A DNA stretch of 64,000 nt, from positions 1-64,000 of the IMG/VR virus record IMGVR_UViG_3300025117_000038. One strand, written 5' to 3'. The notes beneath the pieces are model-generated. The model was not told where the DNA came from, made no database searches, and worked only from the letters and a program-made list of their open reading frames with translations. Position 1 is the stretch's first letter; every line of letters starts with the position of its first letter. Shown piece after piece: positions 29,658 through 38,981 of this stretch. The DNA is from a virus. The position numbers and the translations under genes are program-made.

Positions 29658-29732
29658 TGGTGGAGTCGGAGAGAATCAAACTCTCAATCTTCTGCTTGCA
29701 AAGCAGGTGCTTTCTCGTTTAGCTACGACCCC
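29658..29732 (-). tRNA. trnA: tRNA-Ala(TGC), encoded CCA
   Basis: G3:U70; CTGC-TTTGCAA-GCAG. Confidence 0.85.
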
Positions 29733-29741
29733 GTTACTTTA

Positions 29742-29812
29742 TGGCAGGGATGGGATTCGAACCCATGAACTCGGCGTATGAGACCGATAAGTTACCGTTA
29801 CTTCACCCTGCT
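29742..29812 (-). tRNA. trnM: tRNA-Met(CAT), initiator-like 1:72 mismatch
   Basis: TCGGT-CTCATAC-GCCGA; A1xC72. Confidence 0.85.
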
Positions 29813-30290
29813 AAACTTCATCAATAATATCCTCTGAAAATTCTGACGGAAATTCATCATTATCCTGAGTGTATGCATAAGCATAGTAAAACTCATACGT
29901 AATATCTGCAACGGACTGTTCTCCACGAAGAAAAACTTGAAGAGCATCTAACAAAATATATGTATCTATTTTGGCACACTCTGTCATAAGATGTCCATTA
30001 AAGTACAACGCTTCCCATTCATCCCCCTCAACAATTTTGACTTCCAATATCATGATGGCAGACTCACTTTCCGAATCTCCATGGATTCCAAAAGAGGCTC
30101 ATTTTGCCAATTCTTCTGTAACTTTTTGGCATCAGGTATTGAATCAAAAAAAGCCGTTGAGCCATAAAATTCTTTTACCTTAGTTTTTTCCGTAGGAATC
30201 AGGGGAAGCCAATAAGAGTCCCCACTCTTGAACACTCCCCAAACTCCATACTTTTCGAATAAGTTTTTCTTCATAAATTCCTTTCTTTTA

Positions 30291-30363
30291 TATTGGGAGA
30301 GGGATTCGAACCCTCACTGGATAGGGTCTAAGCCTATTGCCTCTACCGTTGGGCTACCCCAAT
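30291..30363 (-). tRNA. trnL: tRNA-Leu(TAG), short variable loop
   Basis: ATAGG-CTTAGAC-CCTAT. Confidence 0.85.
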
Positions 30364-31173
30364 AATATCTCCAATGTTACTTGACCCAAAACTAAACTGT
30401 AGTCCATTTCCATGGTGACACATGCTTGCCACCATTTGCAATAAAGAATCAGCCTTTTTATAATCAATCTTAGATGGTAAAACTGATTTTTCTCTTATAT
30501 TTTGTAAATCACTGAATCCATTTTCGGCCAACTCTTTTACTTCTTCCAATGAATATTTCCCCTCTTTGATATCCATTAAAAATTGATGGTCATTATCTCT
30601 AAAAATTTTAACTTTTCCGGTTTCAAGAATTTCTTTTCCCATTGTTAGCAAACGGACTAAATGAGAGGCATTCTTCGTATCGTAGCCATATCTTTCAACA
30701 AGAGCCTTTCTTTTTTCTCCCATATATCCCTCTCTATGGCCGTGTTGCATTTTTTGTAATTGAGAGTAGGCATATCCACTAAAAGCCTGATAAATTCCAT
30801 CAGTATAAAGGAACTCTTCTCTGTGGTCAATTAATATTTGCCCTGCTACTGTAATTGTTTTATAAAATTCTCTTTCATTCCATAACAAAGAAAATATATT
30901 AGGGTTACATTTCATTAACAATCGAAAAAACTTTTTTACCTCATACGAAACGATGTCATTGGGGTTATCTTTTGTTGGCAATTGTTCATATTGTTCTATT
31001 TTATTTAATCCATAATAATAAGATACCGGAGCCGAAAATACCCCAATCCAATCAATATCGTCAATACCATGCTCATCCATTGAGGGTTTATAAAGTCCAT
31101 GAGCAATACTTCCCCTTAAACAATACAACAAGTGTCTTTGCCCAATTTCTTCTTCTAATTTTGAGTCTATCAT
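30343..31173 (-). CDS. Pol-beta superfamily nucleotidyltransferase (RlaP/YcgL-like)
   Basis: RGSIAHG, DDIDWIG, CNPNIFSLL, FSGYAYSQ, YDTKNASHLVRLL. Confidence 0.85.
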   Translation of the reverse strand: MIDSKLEEEIGQRHLLYCLRGSIAHGLYKPSMDEHGIDDIDWIGVFSAPVSYYYGLNKIEQYEQLPTKDNPNDIVSYEVKKFFRLLMKCNPNIFSLLWNEREFYKTITVAGQILIDHREEFLYTDGIYQAFSGYAYSQLQKMQHGHREGYMGEKRKALVERYGYDTKNASHLVRLLTMGKEILETGKVKIFRDNDHQFLMDIKEGKYSLEEVKELAENGFSDLQNIREKSVLPSKIDYKKADSLLQMVASMCHHGNGLQFSFGSSNIGDIIGVAQR

Positions 31174-31320
31174 CTTTCCTCTGTTTTTATGGTTCTATAT
31201 ATATAACGCACAAAAAAGAATAATATGCCAAAAAAAATGAAATTATTTCTAAAAAATGGTCATTTTTTGTGTTTTTTTTGCGTATTATAGTATAGGACAC
31301 AAAAATGGTAAGGAGGTTTT

Positions 31321-31824
31321 ATGAAGAAAGTGCTTATCATTGCTTTTGTTATGGTTTTAGGCACGATTTTTGCTACAAATTTATATTCTCAGACTAACCC
31401 ATTAGGTAACAGTGCTTTTGCTGGTGGTGGTTACGATAGTAATGCCGGATTTATTTTTAATGCCGGATTGGGTCAAAAAGTTAGTAGTTTTCTGTGGACA
31501 TTTGAAACTTTTGATATTGCCCTTGATAAAGACCTTGGGGCTGATTTGGCGGCTATGACAAGTCTTAATTTTATAGACCCCAAACTGGCTAATTTAAAGG
31601 TTGGTCTATTGGCAAGCCCAGGCGTTAATTGGGTTGCTAACGGGGAAACAGATGAAAATATTGATTATTTAGCTTATTTCCGAGGAGCCGGGGGTATTAT
31701 TGCAATTTATAACTTTACCGAAAGAATCGGTGTTATGGCGTTGAGTAAATATAAATTTGCCCTGAAGGATAATCAATATGAAAAACAATGGGCTGTTAGA
31801 GGAAACTTAGTGGTTAATTTTTAA
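31321..31824 (+). CDS. Outer-membrane beta-barrel-like protein
   Basis: Signal peptide, amphipathic strands, C-terminal aromatic beta-signal (VRGNLVVNF). Confidence 0.6.
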   Translation: MKKVLIIAFVMVLGTIFATNLYSQTNPLGNSAFAGGGYDSNAGFIFNAGLGQKVSSFLWTFETFDIALDKDLGADLAAMTSLNFIDPKLANLKVGLLASPGVNWVANGETDENIDYLAYFRGAGGIIAIYNFTERIGVMALSKYKFALKDNQYEKQWAVRGNLVVNF

Positions 31825-31923
31825 GGGGCTAAATGGTGTCGATTTGGGTGTTGTGACTCTTTGGGAGTTTGCCTGACAAGGCGGTAACACCCGAAGACCT
31901 CGGTTCGATTCCGAGTAGCTCCA
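31825..31923 (+). ncRNA. Minimal tmRNA-like RNA (tRNA-like domain only)
   Basis: GGGGCTA..TCGA start, helix TTTGGGTGTTG/TAACACCCGAA, GAC linker, T-arm CTCGG-TTCGATT-CCGAG, TAGCTCC-A with G3:U70. Confidence 0.85.
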
Positions 31924-32093
31924 TTTTATTATGAAAACAAAAAAAACAAAACAAGAAAAACAGTTTGAAAAAATTGTTAAAGAAATTAAGAAAAAAAAGA
32001 GTAAAAAAGAAGAAAAACAAGAATTCCGTAATCTTATAAGGGAATTCGAGTAATTTTTACCCATTTTTGTGTAATTGGAAGTCTACTGTATAC

Positions 32094-32118
32094 GGTGGGG
32101 AGAAATTCCCCACCATTT
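32094..32118 (+). terminator. Probable terminator or processing hairpin
   Basis: GGTGGGGA-GAAA-TTCCCCACC, short T tail. Confidence 0.55.
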
Positions 32119-32135
32119 AAAATTAGGAGAAAAAT

Positions 32136-32411
32136 ATGGATTTAACACAATTAGTACCAGTCATTATTTCGTTTTTATCTGGCCCCGTTATTGCCCCTAT
32201 CGCGGAATGGATTAAATCAAAAATTCCAGAGGGGTCGCCGCTAAAAACTTTGGGAGTTGTCTCTATTTTGAACGCTTGTGTTGTAGTAATTCTAATGCTT
32301 AGTTTTGGTTTAGAACTAAACCTTTTGAATATTTTATCTCTTGCTTTTGGAACAAGCTCAACTGCCCAATTATCGCATGTTATTAAAAAGAATGTGGCAG
32401 AGAAAGAATAA
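32136..32411 (+). CDS. Small membrane protein, holin-like
   Basis: 2-3 hydrophobic helices, charged C-terminus. Confidence 0.45.
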   Translation: MDLTQLVPVIISFLSGPVIAPIAEWIKSKIPEGSPLKTLGVVSILNACVVVILMLSFGLELNLLNILSLAFGTSSTAQLSHVIKKNVAEKE

Positions 32412-32412
32412 C

Positions 32413-32458
32413 GTTATATATAATATTATATATAACATTAATTAACGTCAGTCTCTGG
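32413..32458. repeat. Inverted copy of the 9029..9074 element
   Basis: 24-bp palindrome GTTATATATAATATTATATATAAC plus TTAACGTCAGTCTCTGG. Confidence 0.85.
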
Positions 32459-32675
32459 AGTACTATATATTACGTTATTCATCATAGTAGTCGTCAAGTC
32501 TCTAAAGAAGTCGTCAAGTCTATGAATATTATTTTCTTAATTTACGTCTTCTTAGAAATTAATATTAATAAAATAATATTCTCGACGACTCCATTTTTTA
32601 GGAACGTTTGATAAAAGGGAAGAACAAAATTAACATTCTGTTGTTAGTTGAGTAATTAGTAGAAATTTTGCAAAC

Positions 32676-33434
32676 ATGAGGAAGGGAAGTTTTATGTTAC
32701 CACCTATCAGCATTATTATGCCAGTATATAATCAACGTAAACATCTTCTTGAGGTTGCCGCGCGGTCGGCTATCAATCAGATTGGGGTCGAGGGTGAACT
32801 TATTATTATTAACGATGGTTCTACAGACAATTGCATGGAAGTCCTTAATTTTGTACCATCGAGCAGTAATATAGAAATAAAAGTTATAAGTAGAGTTGAA
32901 AATGGTGGTGTTGCCGCCGCATTAAACGATGGGATTAAGGCTTCTCAAAATGAATATATTGCATGGTTGCCTTCCGATGATTATTTTATGCCTGAAAAAA
33001 CATTGGTTCAATTATCTAATATGATAGAAGCAAAAACTTTGTTTTCTTTTACTGCCTTCCATCAACTGGTTTGGGAAAATGGAGTTCTTACTGAAGTTCA
33101 GGCAGTTCCCACCCCCTACCCATCGGGAAAAATTGGGGCAGTCCAGTTACATCAAGCATTATTAAATCGATTTCCTTCGTGTTTTCTTAACGGGGCATCA
33201 ATTATGGTACATAAAGAAGTTTTTAATAAGGTTGGTTTGTTTGATGAGGATTTAAAATATACCCAGGATTACGATATGTGGTTAAAAATAACGGAATATT
33301 ATGACACTTTTGTTAATGCTGACGCTTTAATGGTCAAAAATATCCACGACAATCAGATGGAATTTATCTTTAAAAATAAGACCGAACAAAGAGCAATAGA
33401 AGAGGGGATTTTAAAAAAGAGGTATTTATCTTAA
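32676..33434 (+). CDS. Glycosyltransferase family 2
   Basis: ISIIMPVYN, INDGSTD, NGGVAAALNDG, QDYDMW. Confidence 0.92.
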   Translation: MRKGSFMLPPISIIMPVYNQRKHLLEVAARSAINQIGVEGELIIINDGSTDNCMEVLNFVPSSSNIEIKVISRVENGGVAAALNDGIKASQNEYIAWLPSDDYFMPEKTLVQLSNMIEAKTLFSFTAFHQLVWENGVLTEVQAVPTPYPSGKIGAVQLHQALLNRFPSCFLNGASIMVHKEVFNKVGLFDEDLKYTQDYDMWLKITEYYDTFVNADALMVKNIHDNQMEFIFKNKTEQRAIEEGILKKRYLS

Positions 33435-34399
33435 TGAATGTTGCTTTTATTTCCGATAAAGATGGAGGAGGAACCTTGGGGCATTATTCTTCCTTGATTA
33501 ACAAGTTTACTTCTCATCATAGCGACTGTATTGTTAATTACAATCCGTATCAATTTAAAGTAGATTATGAGAGTAGGGACTCAGATAACGGCAAAATAGG
33601 TACAATATGTCGGTATATTTTAACAAATGCTGACATTTTGGTTTTTAACAATGGCTATGAATCGGTTGATTTCGCACAACGGGCATTTGAGTGGAAATTT
33701 GATGTCACTCAAAAAAACTTTTTCTTTTATGGTGATATAAATTACTTTGAGGAAAAAAGAAAATATAACCTAAAAGTTCCCGTCCTTACTACTCAATACA
33801 TTATTAAGAATTTCTTTGATACATATGTTTACGAGGCAGACAAAACTATTTATATTCCAATTGCTATTGATACTGGTTCCGCTAATTATAATAACAAAAT
33901 AAAATATGCCAATAAAATTGGTATTGTTCATGCTCCCGCAAGTCGTCAGAATAAAAATACCGAAGGATTTCTTTCAGTTAATTCATATGTAGAAATGTTT
34001 TTTGATAGTGCAACTTTTGATATTATAGAAAATGTTTCTTGGAAAAAGTCTTTATCAGATAAAAAAAAATATCAAATCGGAGTTGACCATATTAATCCCA
34101 ATTATGGGTATTATGGCATAAGTTCACTGGAAAATTCCGCCATTGGATTATTTAATTGTGTTAATCTCCCAATAGACGAGGCAATTTATTTATGTAGTAT
34201 GGTTGAATGTGATATTATGCCATGGGCATTTACATCTGATGAAGGAGCTTTATATGAAGTTGTTGGTGCATATATTAAGAGTCCCGAAAGCCTTTTTCAA
34301 GACAGGGTAAGAACGAAGAAATGGTTTGATGAATCATGGGATGGCAAAAAAATTATCAATAAAGTAATGCAAGCTATGGAGGAAAGATGTACGATTTAG
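33434..34399 (+). CDS. GT-B fold glycosyltransferase-like protein, paralog of 34755..35777
   Basis: IVHAPASRQNKNT...GVDH...YGISSLENSAIG. Confidence 0.7.
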   Translation: MNVAFISDKDGGGTLGHYSSLINKFTSHHSDCIVNYNPYQFKVDYESRDSDNGKIGTICRYILTNADILVFNNGYESVDFAQRAFEWKFDVTQKNFFFYGDINYFEEKRKYNLKVPVLTTQYIIKNFFDTYVYEADKTIYIPIAIDTGSANYNNKIKYANKIGIVHAPASRQNKNTEGFLSVNSYVEMFFDSATFDIIENVSWKKSLSDKKKYQIGVDHINPNYGYYGISSLENSAIGLFNCVNLPIDEAIYLCSMVECDIMPWAFTSDEGALYEVVGAYIKSPESLFQDRVRTKKWFDESWDGKKIINKVMQAMEERCTI

Positions 34400-34758
34400 A
34401 CCCCGATGGAGATTTTGGTTTTAATAAATATCAACAAAAGGCTCATGAAACTGCTGAGTATCCAAATATATATGTTGGGGGACATCCTTCTAATTATATT
34501 TATGCTGCCATGGGATTAGCGGGAGAGTCAGGTGAACTAATTGAAAAATTAAAAAAGGTTGTTCGTAACAAGAATGGTCTTGTTGCGGAGTCTGATTTAT
34601 TTGATATTAAAAAAGAGGTTGGGGATGTTTTGTGGTATCTGTCTGAATTATGTACCTGTCTTAATCTTAGTCTGAAACAAATAGCAAGAGAAAACATTAA
34701 AAAGTTATCTGATAGAAAAAACAGGGGTGTTATCAAATCGGAAGGGGATAATAGATGA
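34387..34758 (+). CDS. MazG-like nucleotide pyrophosphohydrolase
   Basis: GLAGESGELIEKLKK...EVGDVLWY. Confidence 0.9.
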   Translation: MYDLDPDGDFGFNKYQQKAHETAEYPNIYVGGHPSNYIYAAMGLAGESGELIEKLKKVVRNKNGLVAESDLFDIKKEVGDVLWYLSELCTCLNLSLKQIARENIKKLSDRKNRGVIKSEGDNR

Positions 34759-35777
34759 ATATACTTTGGGTAGGAGCAGTCGATGCAAGTGGAGCCTGTA
34801 TGGCTTACTGCAATGCTATCAATAAAGGTGGTGAACATAATTGCCGTTTAGTGACTCAATTCGAAACAAGGGGATTTGATAGCGATATTGTTATACAAAG
34901 AGATATGTGGTCGATTCCCGATGGGAGAACAAAAGAGGATAAAATAGAGGAATTTAAAAGTTTGGTTGAAAAGGCTGATGTAGTTATTTTTAACGCTGCT
35001 CTTTTCCCTGGTATTGGGTCTTCCTATTCCCAGGTTGTATCAGATACATATGAAATGCAATGGTACGGTATCAATTGGTATGATTATATTGATAAAAAGA
35101 AATTTTTTGTATTTTTTTCTGGTTCTTGTTCTTTAAGGGGAAATTATCAGTATTATATAGATTTGCACACTAAATATAATATTCCTATTATTACATGTCA
35201 GACAGATGTATATAAAAATATTAAAAATTTAGCCGAAAATATTACCTATCTTCCAAACTTGATTAATAATAATCATCCTCGCTATTTAAGAACTCCTTCT
35301 TATGAAGAAAAAATTCATATCGTACATTCTCCCACTGACAGAAGAGTAAAAAACACCAGTGAATTCACGAGGGTTTGTCGTAGATTAAAGAGGGAGTTCG
35401 ATTACTTAGATTTTTCTCTTATTGAAAATAAAGGCTATAATGAATCTATTGTTATTAAGCAAAATAGTCAAATAGGTTTTGACCATATGCAGGGATATTA
35501 TAGTTTGTCTTCTGTGGAAAATGGTTGTTTGGGATTGATTAATGTGGTGGGGTTATCTGAATGGGGCATTGAATTTATTGAGGATAGTATCGGGGGAGGC
35601 TCTCTTCCTTGGGTTACCCCAAGAAATGAAGAAGAACTTTATGCAAATATAAAATATTTAGTTGAAGATAGAGAAAGGTTATACCAATTAAGACTACAAT
35701 CGTATAATTGGCATCACAAATATTGGAGAGATGATATTCATATTAAAAAGTTAATTAATGTTCTGGGGGGGAAATGA
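34755..35777 (+). CDS. GT-B fold glycosyltransferase-like protein
   Basis: IVHSPTDRRVKNT...GFDH..GYYSLSSVENGCLG. Confidence 0.7.
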   Translation: MNILWVGAVDASGACMAYCNAINKGGEHNCRLVTQFETRGFDSDIVIQRDMWSIPDGRTKEDKIEEFKSLVEKADVVIFNAALFPGIGSSYSQVVSDTYEMQWYGINWYDYIDKKKFFVFFSGSCSLRGNYQYYIDLHTKYNIPIITCQTDVYKNIKNLAENITYLPNLINNNHPRYLRTPSYEEKIHIVHSPTDRRVKNTSEFTRVCRRLKREFDYLDFSLIENKGYNESIVIKQNSQIGFDHMQGYYSLSSVENGCLGLINVVGLSEWGIEFIEDSIGGGSLPWVTPRNEEELYANIKYLVEDRERLYQLRLQSYNWHHKYWRDDIHIKKLINVLGGK

Positions 35778-36583
35778 AAGTTATAGGTATAGCACAAGTT
35801 TATAATGAAGCTATTAATTTAGAAAGATTTCTTAAATATTATAAAGAAATTTGCGATGATATTATCTTACTCGATGATGCTTCTACTGATAATACAGTTG
35901 AAATAGCAAAAAAATATACCGATAATGTTATTTCAAATAAAGAAAATAGATGGAAACATCAAATGGAAACTTTTAATAAAGATTTCTTATTGCAAGAAGC
36001 CAAAAAAATGGGGGCAGAATGGGTTGTAAATTTTGATGCTGATGAAATTTTTGAAGCACAGTTTAACAGAGAAAAATTAGATAAGGCAATTGATTGGGCG
36101 GAGTTTTCAATAAAAAGAGGAATTCCTACTTATTCATATGGAGCAGCGTGGATTAATTTGTGGTTGTCGGAAGCCTATTTTAGAGTTGATGGAGGGCTTA
36201 CTATGGTTTCTCCTCCAAGAATATATAAGGTTTTAAGCGATGCCAAAATAGAAACTGTTGGAGGATTACATAGAAGGTTGTGGCCTTCATATGCGGACAA
36301 TCCATATCAATTACCATTTAACTTATTACACTATAGTTCAGCTTCTCTGCCGGGAGTTATTTATAAAATTACTCGTTATTATAAGTTGGGTAAAAAATTT
36401 CCCAATATTGAGATGGCCAAACAGCACTATATTTATAATTTATTAAAAGGAACGCAGATTGCAAAAGTCCCCCCCCTGTGGTTCCCCAATGAACTAAGAC
36501 CAATATATAGTCCCATTAATTTAAGTGCTCTTCATAATGAAATATCTAACGCTATTGAATATATGATGGAGAATGAAAAATGA
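35774..36583 (+). CDS. Glycosyltransferase family 2
   Basis: VYNEA, LDDASTDNT, FDADE. Confidence 0.88.
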   Translation: MKVIGIAQVYNEAINLERFLKYYKEICDDIILLDDASTDNTVEIAKKYTDNVISNKENRWKHQMETFNKDFLLQEAKKMGAEWVVNFDADEIFEAQFNREKLDKAIDWAEFSIKRGIPTYSYGAAWINLWLSEAYFRVDGGLTMVSPPRIYKVLSDAKIETVGGLHRRLWPSYADNPYQLPFNLLHYSSASLPGVIYKITRYYKLGKKFPNIEMAKQHYIYNLLKGTQIAKVPPLWFPNELRPIYSPINLSALHNEISNAIEYMMENEK

Positions 36584-37671
36584 AAATACTTTTAGACAGT
36601 ATGTCAAGACGATTCGGGGATACCTTAACTGCTCTTCCTTTTACTTCTTTATTTAGAGAGAAATTTGGCAAAGATGTTCATATAACATTTGGAAGTAGTC
36701 CATATGAATCAGATATTGAGTTTTATCGACATATTTCGACTATTGATGATGTTGTTTTAGGAACTCTATATAATCCCTCTGGGCGTGGATACGATATGTC
36801 TTTTGATATAATTTTAAGAACATCTTTTGATGTTGATGTAAAATTTTCACCACATAAAATTTTTGGAGAACTAGATACAAAAGAGGGATGGGACATATGT
36901 ATGAAAAATTACCCTATAAAATTTTTATATTACAACAAATCACACAAATTTCCTAAAACAAAAAAAAGAATTGGTCTGTTCGTTAATTTTCCTAGAAAAG
37001 ATATTTCTATCCCAGTTGAAATTGGAGTTTATCCCGTTAACCTATGGCAACAACTTATTAATATTCTTAATAAAAAATATCACGTTTATGTTTTTACTGG
37101 GATGATGGAACCAGACTATAACTTCGACAATTGCCATAATCTTGGAAAACTAAAAGCCTGTGACGAATTAAGTGTTACTTCAAATATGGATATCGTAATC
37201 GGAACATCTTGTGGTTTTATGGATATGGTAGCAACTTTCGCAGATATTCCCAAAATAGTTTTAAGTAGTTGTGAAGAAGATGAAACATGTGTTTGGTCTG
37301 GAATACCCGATAAGTGTACCTTACCACAAAATAGATATAATTATTTTATTTCACCGAGGGATGATATGTATAGTTTTATTAAGCCATCGAAGGGAGCCAG
37401 ATTAGTTGAATGGTATTATCAACATCTTCTAAAAAAAATGCCATTGATTAGAAATATGAGAAGTTTAAGTGGAATTGACCCATTAATCATATCAGAACAT
37501 ATTGACTATCTTTTAAGTGGTGGAAAATCCGTAGAATGGTTTGTAGAAGGACATGTTTGTGATACATGTAAACTAAAAAAAGACTTTAATCAGTGTTCAT
37601 ATGTTTATAAGCCCTCTTTAAAGGATGGAAGTTATTATAAAGGAAATTGGGATGGATATAACACAAGATAA
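36580..37671 (+). CDS. Glycosyltransferase family 9-like (heptosyltransferase fold)
   Basis: N-terminal FGDTL...P, YPVNLWQQLI, NLGKL, IVIGTSCGFM. Confidence 0.55.
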   Translation: MKILLDSMSRRFGDTLTALPFTSLFREKFGKDVHITFGSSPYESDIEFYRHISTIDDVVLGTLYNPSGRGYDMSFDIILRTSFDVDVKFSPHKIFGELDTKEGWDICMKNYPIKFLYYNKSHKFPKTKKRIGLFVNFPRKDISIPVEIGVYPVNLWQQLINILNKKYHVYVFTGMMEPDYNFDNCHNLGKLKACDELSVTSNMDIVIGTSCGFMDMVATFADIPKIVLSSCEEDETCVWSGIPDKCTLPQNRYNYFISPRDDMYSFIKPSKGARLVEWYYQHLLKKMPLIRNMRSLSGIDPLIISEHIDYLLSGGKSVEWFVEGHVCDTCKLKKDFNQCSYVYKPSLKDGSYYKGNWDGYNTR

Positions 37672-37770
37672 AAATAGTTTAGAGATAATAATCACTGAGT
37701 TAAAACAGAAGATAGGTGATTTAGAAAAGAGAATAGAAAAAATAGAGTATTTTTTTAAGGGTCCAAAATC

Positions 37771-38724
37771 ATGTTAACCCACATTTTTATTATTACAATA
37801 TGTTCATATTTAATAACCCTATTGGAAAGAAGAGCGACATGGGATATTGGCCATCAGGCAATTGGGATTGGGGCTGTTAATAGAGTGGTAAATAATGAAG
37901 CGGGTATGCCTACTCAACATCGTCCATTGTCGTATTTACTTATGCATATTTTGAGATTAAATACTATAGATTGGCAAATGGGAGTCGTCTATCTTCCTCA
38001 TAGGAAAATTCACATTCATATAAAAGCAGATACAATAAATCAATACTATATCTTAAAATTTTTTCTAATATTGGGTTCATCATTGACCTTTTACTGGTAT
38101 CTGTGGATACTGTGTTTTAACCCATTGGTGGGGTCATTATTGTTTCTTTTGTTTGTATCGTTTGGGTTTATGTTTGATTATATAGACTGTTATCTTGATA
38201 TTATTTTTATTGGATTAGTTTTAATTGGAATTTTAAGTAATTTCCCTATGTGGATAATTGGCCTTGTGATTTTGATGGGGTCATTAAATAGAGAAACGAT
38301 TGTTGTTGTTGTTCCATTTGTTTTTTATTACTATGGATTACCCTATGGTATTGCTTTAACAGGAACATTTTTGCTTGGGAGATTTTTAATAAAAAAGATG
38401 TATCCACGGAAATATAAAATCAGTTTCGTTGGATGGGATGTTTATAGGGATATAAAAAATATTTATAAAGGAATAAATTCTCCAAAAGAAACTTTTATAA
38501 ATGAAGTTTGGGGAGGGGTTGTTTTTGTATTACTTTACATCTCTTTATTTTTTATAAATGAGAAATTTACAATAATGCCTATAGAAATACGCAATATCAT
38601 ATCCGTTGGATATATAATTTTTGGTATTTTCATAATTTTAATATCAATTCCCGGTGACATCAGAGAAATAAGAATATATTACCCAACTTTATATGTTGTT
38701 ATACCACTATTAATGTCTTTATAA
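37771..38724 (+). CDS. Polytopic membrane protein (possible GT-C transferase)
   Basis: Many TM helices; HRPL, LNRET, REIR motifs. Confidence 0.55.
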   Translation: MLTHIFIITICSYLITLLERRATWDIGHQAIGIGAVNRVVNNEAGMPTQHRPLSYLLMHILRLNTIDWQMGVVYLPHRKIHIHIKADTINQYYILKFFLILGSSLTFYWYLWILCFNPLVGSLLFLLFVSFGFMFDYIDCYLDIIFIGLVLIGILSNFPMWIIGLVILMGSLNRETIVVVVPFVFYYYGLPYGIALTGTFLLGRFLIKKMYPRKYKISFVGWDVYRDIKNIYKGINSPKETFINEVWGGVVFVLLYISLFFINEKFTIMPIEIRNIISVGYIIFGIFIILISIPGDIREIRIYYPTLYVVIPLLMSL

Positions 38725-38734
38725 TGGAGGAAAG

Positions 38735-38971
38735 ATGCAAACAATAGGAGAATTAATAGATAAATTGACAATAGCGAATATTCGGCTATGGCATCTGGAG
38801 GATATACGTAGAAACAAAAATTTGACAAATGATGAAAGGTTAAAGGCGTGTGATTCTGTTTCTGTTGTTAATAAGCAAAGAAATAATTTGATTGATGAGA
38901 TAGACAAATGTATTGACGATGCTATCCATAATGGAGAAGCACCAGTTTTTTTGAAGAATAAACTTTATTGA
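38735..38971 (+). CDS. DUF4254-like helical protein
   Basis: TIGELIDKLTIANIRLWHLED...NKQRNNLIDEID. Confidence 0.65.
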   Translation: MQTIGELIDKLTIANIRLWHLEDIRRNKNLTNDERLKACDSVSVVNKQRNNLIDEIDKCIDDAIHNGEAPVFLKNKLY

Positions 38972-38981
38972 AAGGAAAGTA

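Noticed and set aside
24080-30363. tRNAs with anticodons TAA, TGA and TAG as stop-codon suppressors or a sign of recoding
   Set aside because: These anticodons read TTA, TCA and CTA sense codons; conserved genes are intact in the standard code and end in all three stops
31339-31355. Sigma54-like TAGGCACGATTTTTGCT
   Set aside because: Inside the signal-peptide coding sequence and explained by codons
31825-32051. Two-piece (permuted) tmRNA with the downstream Lys-rich ORF as tag
   Set aside because: The acceptor strands are in standard order and helix 2 is closed locally; the downstream ORF has its own ATG and no Ala-rich degron-like end
33089-33102. TACTGAAGTTCAGG as another micro-element copy
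   Set aside because: No closing TA duplication, and it sits in-frame in an intact GT2 gene
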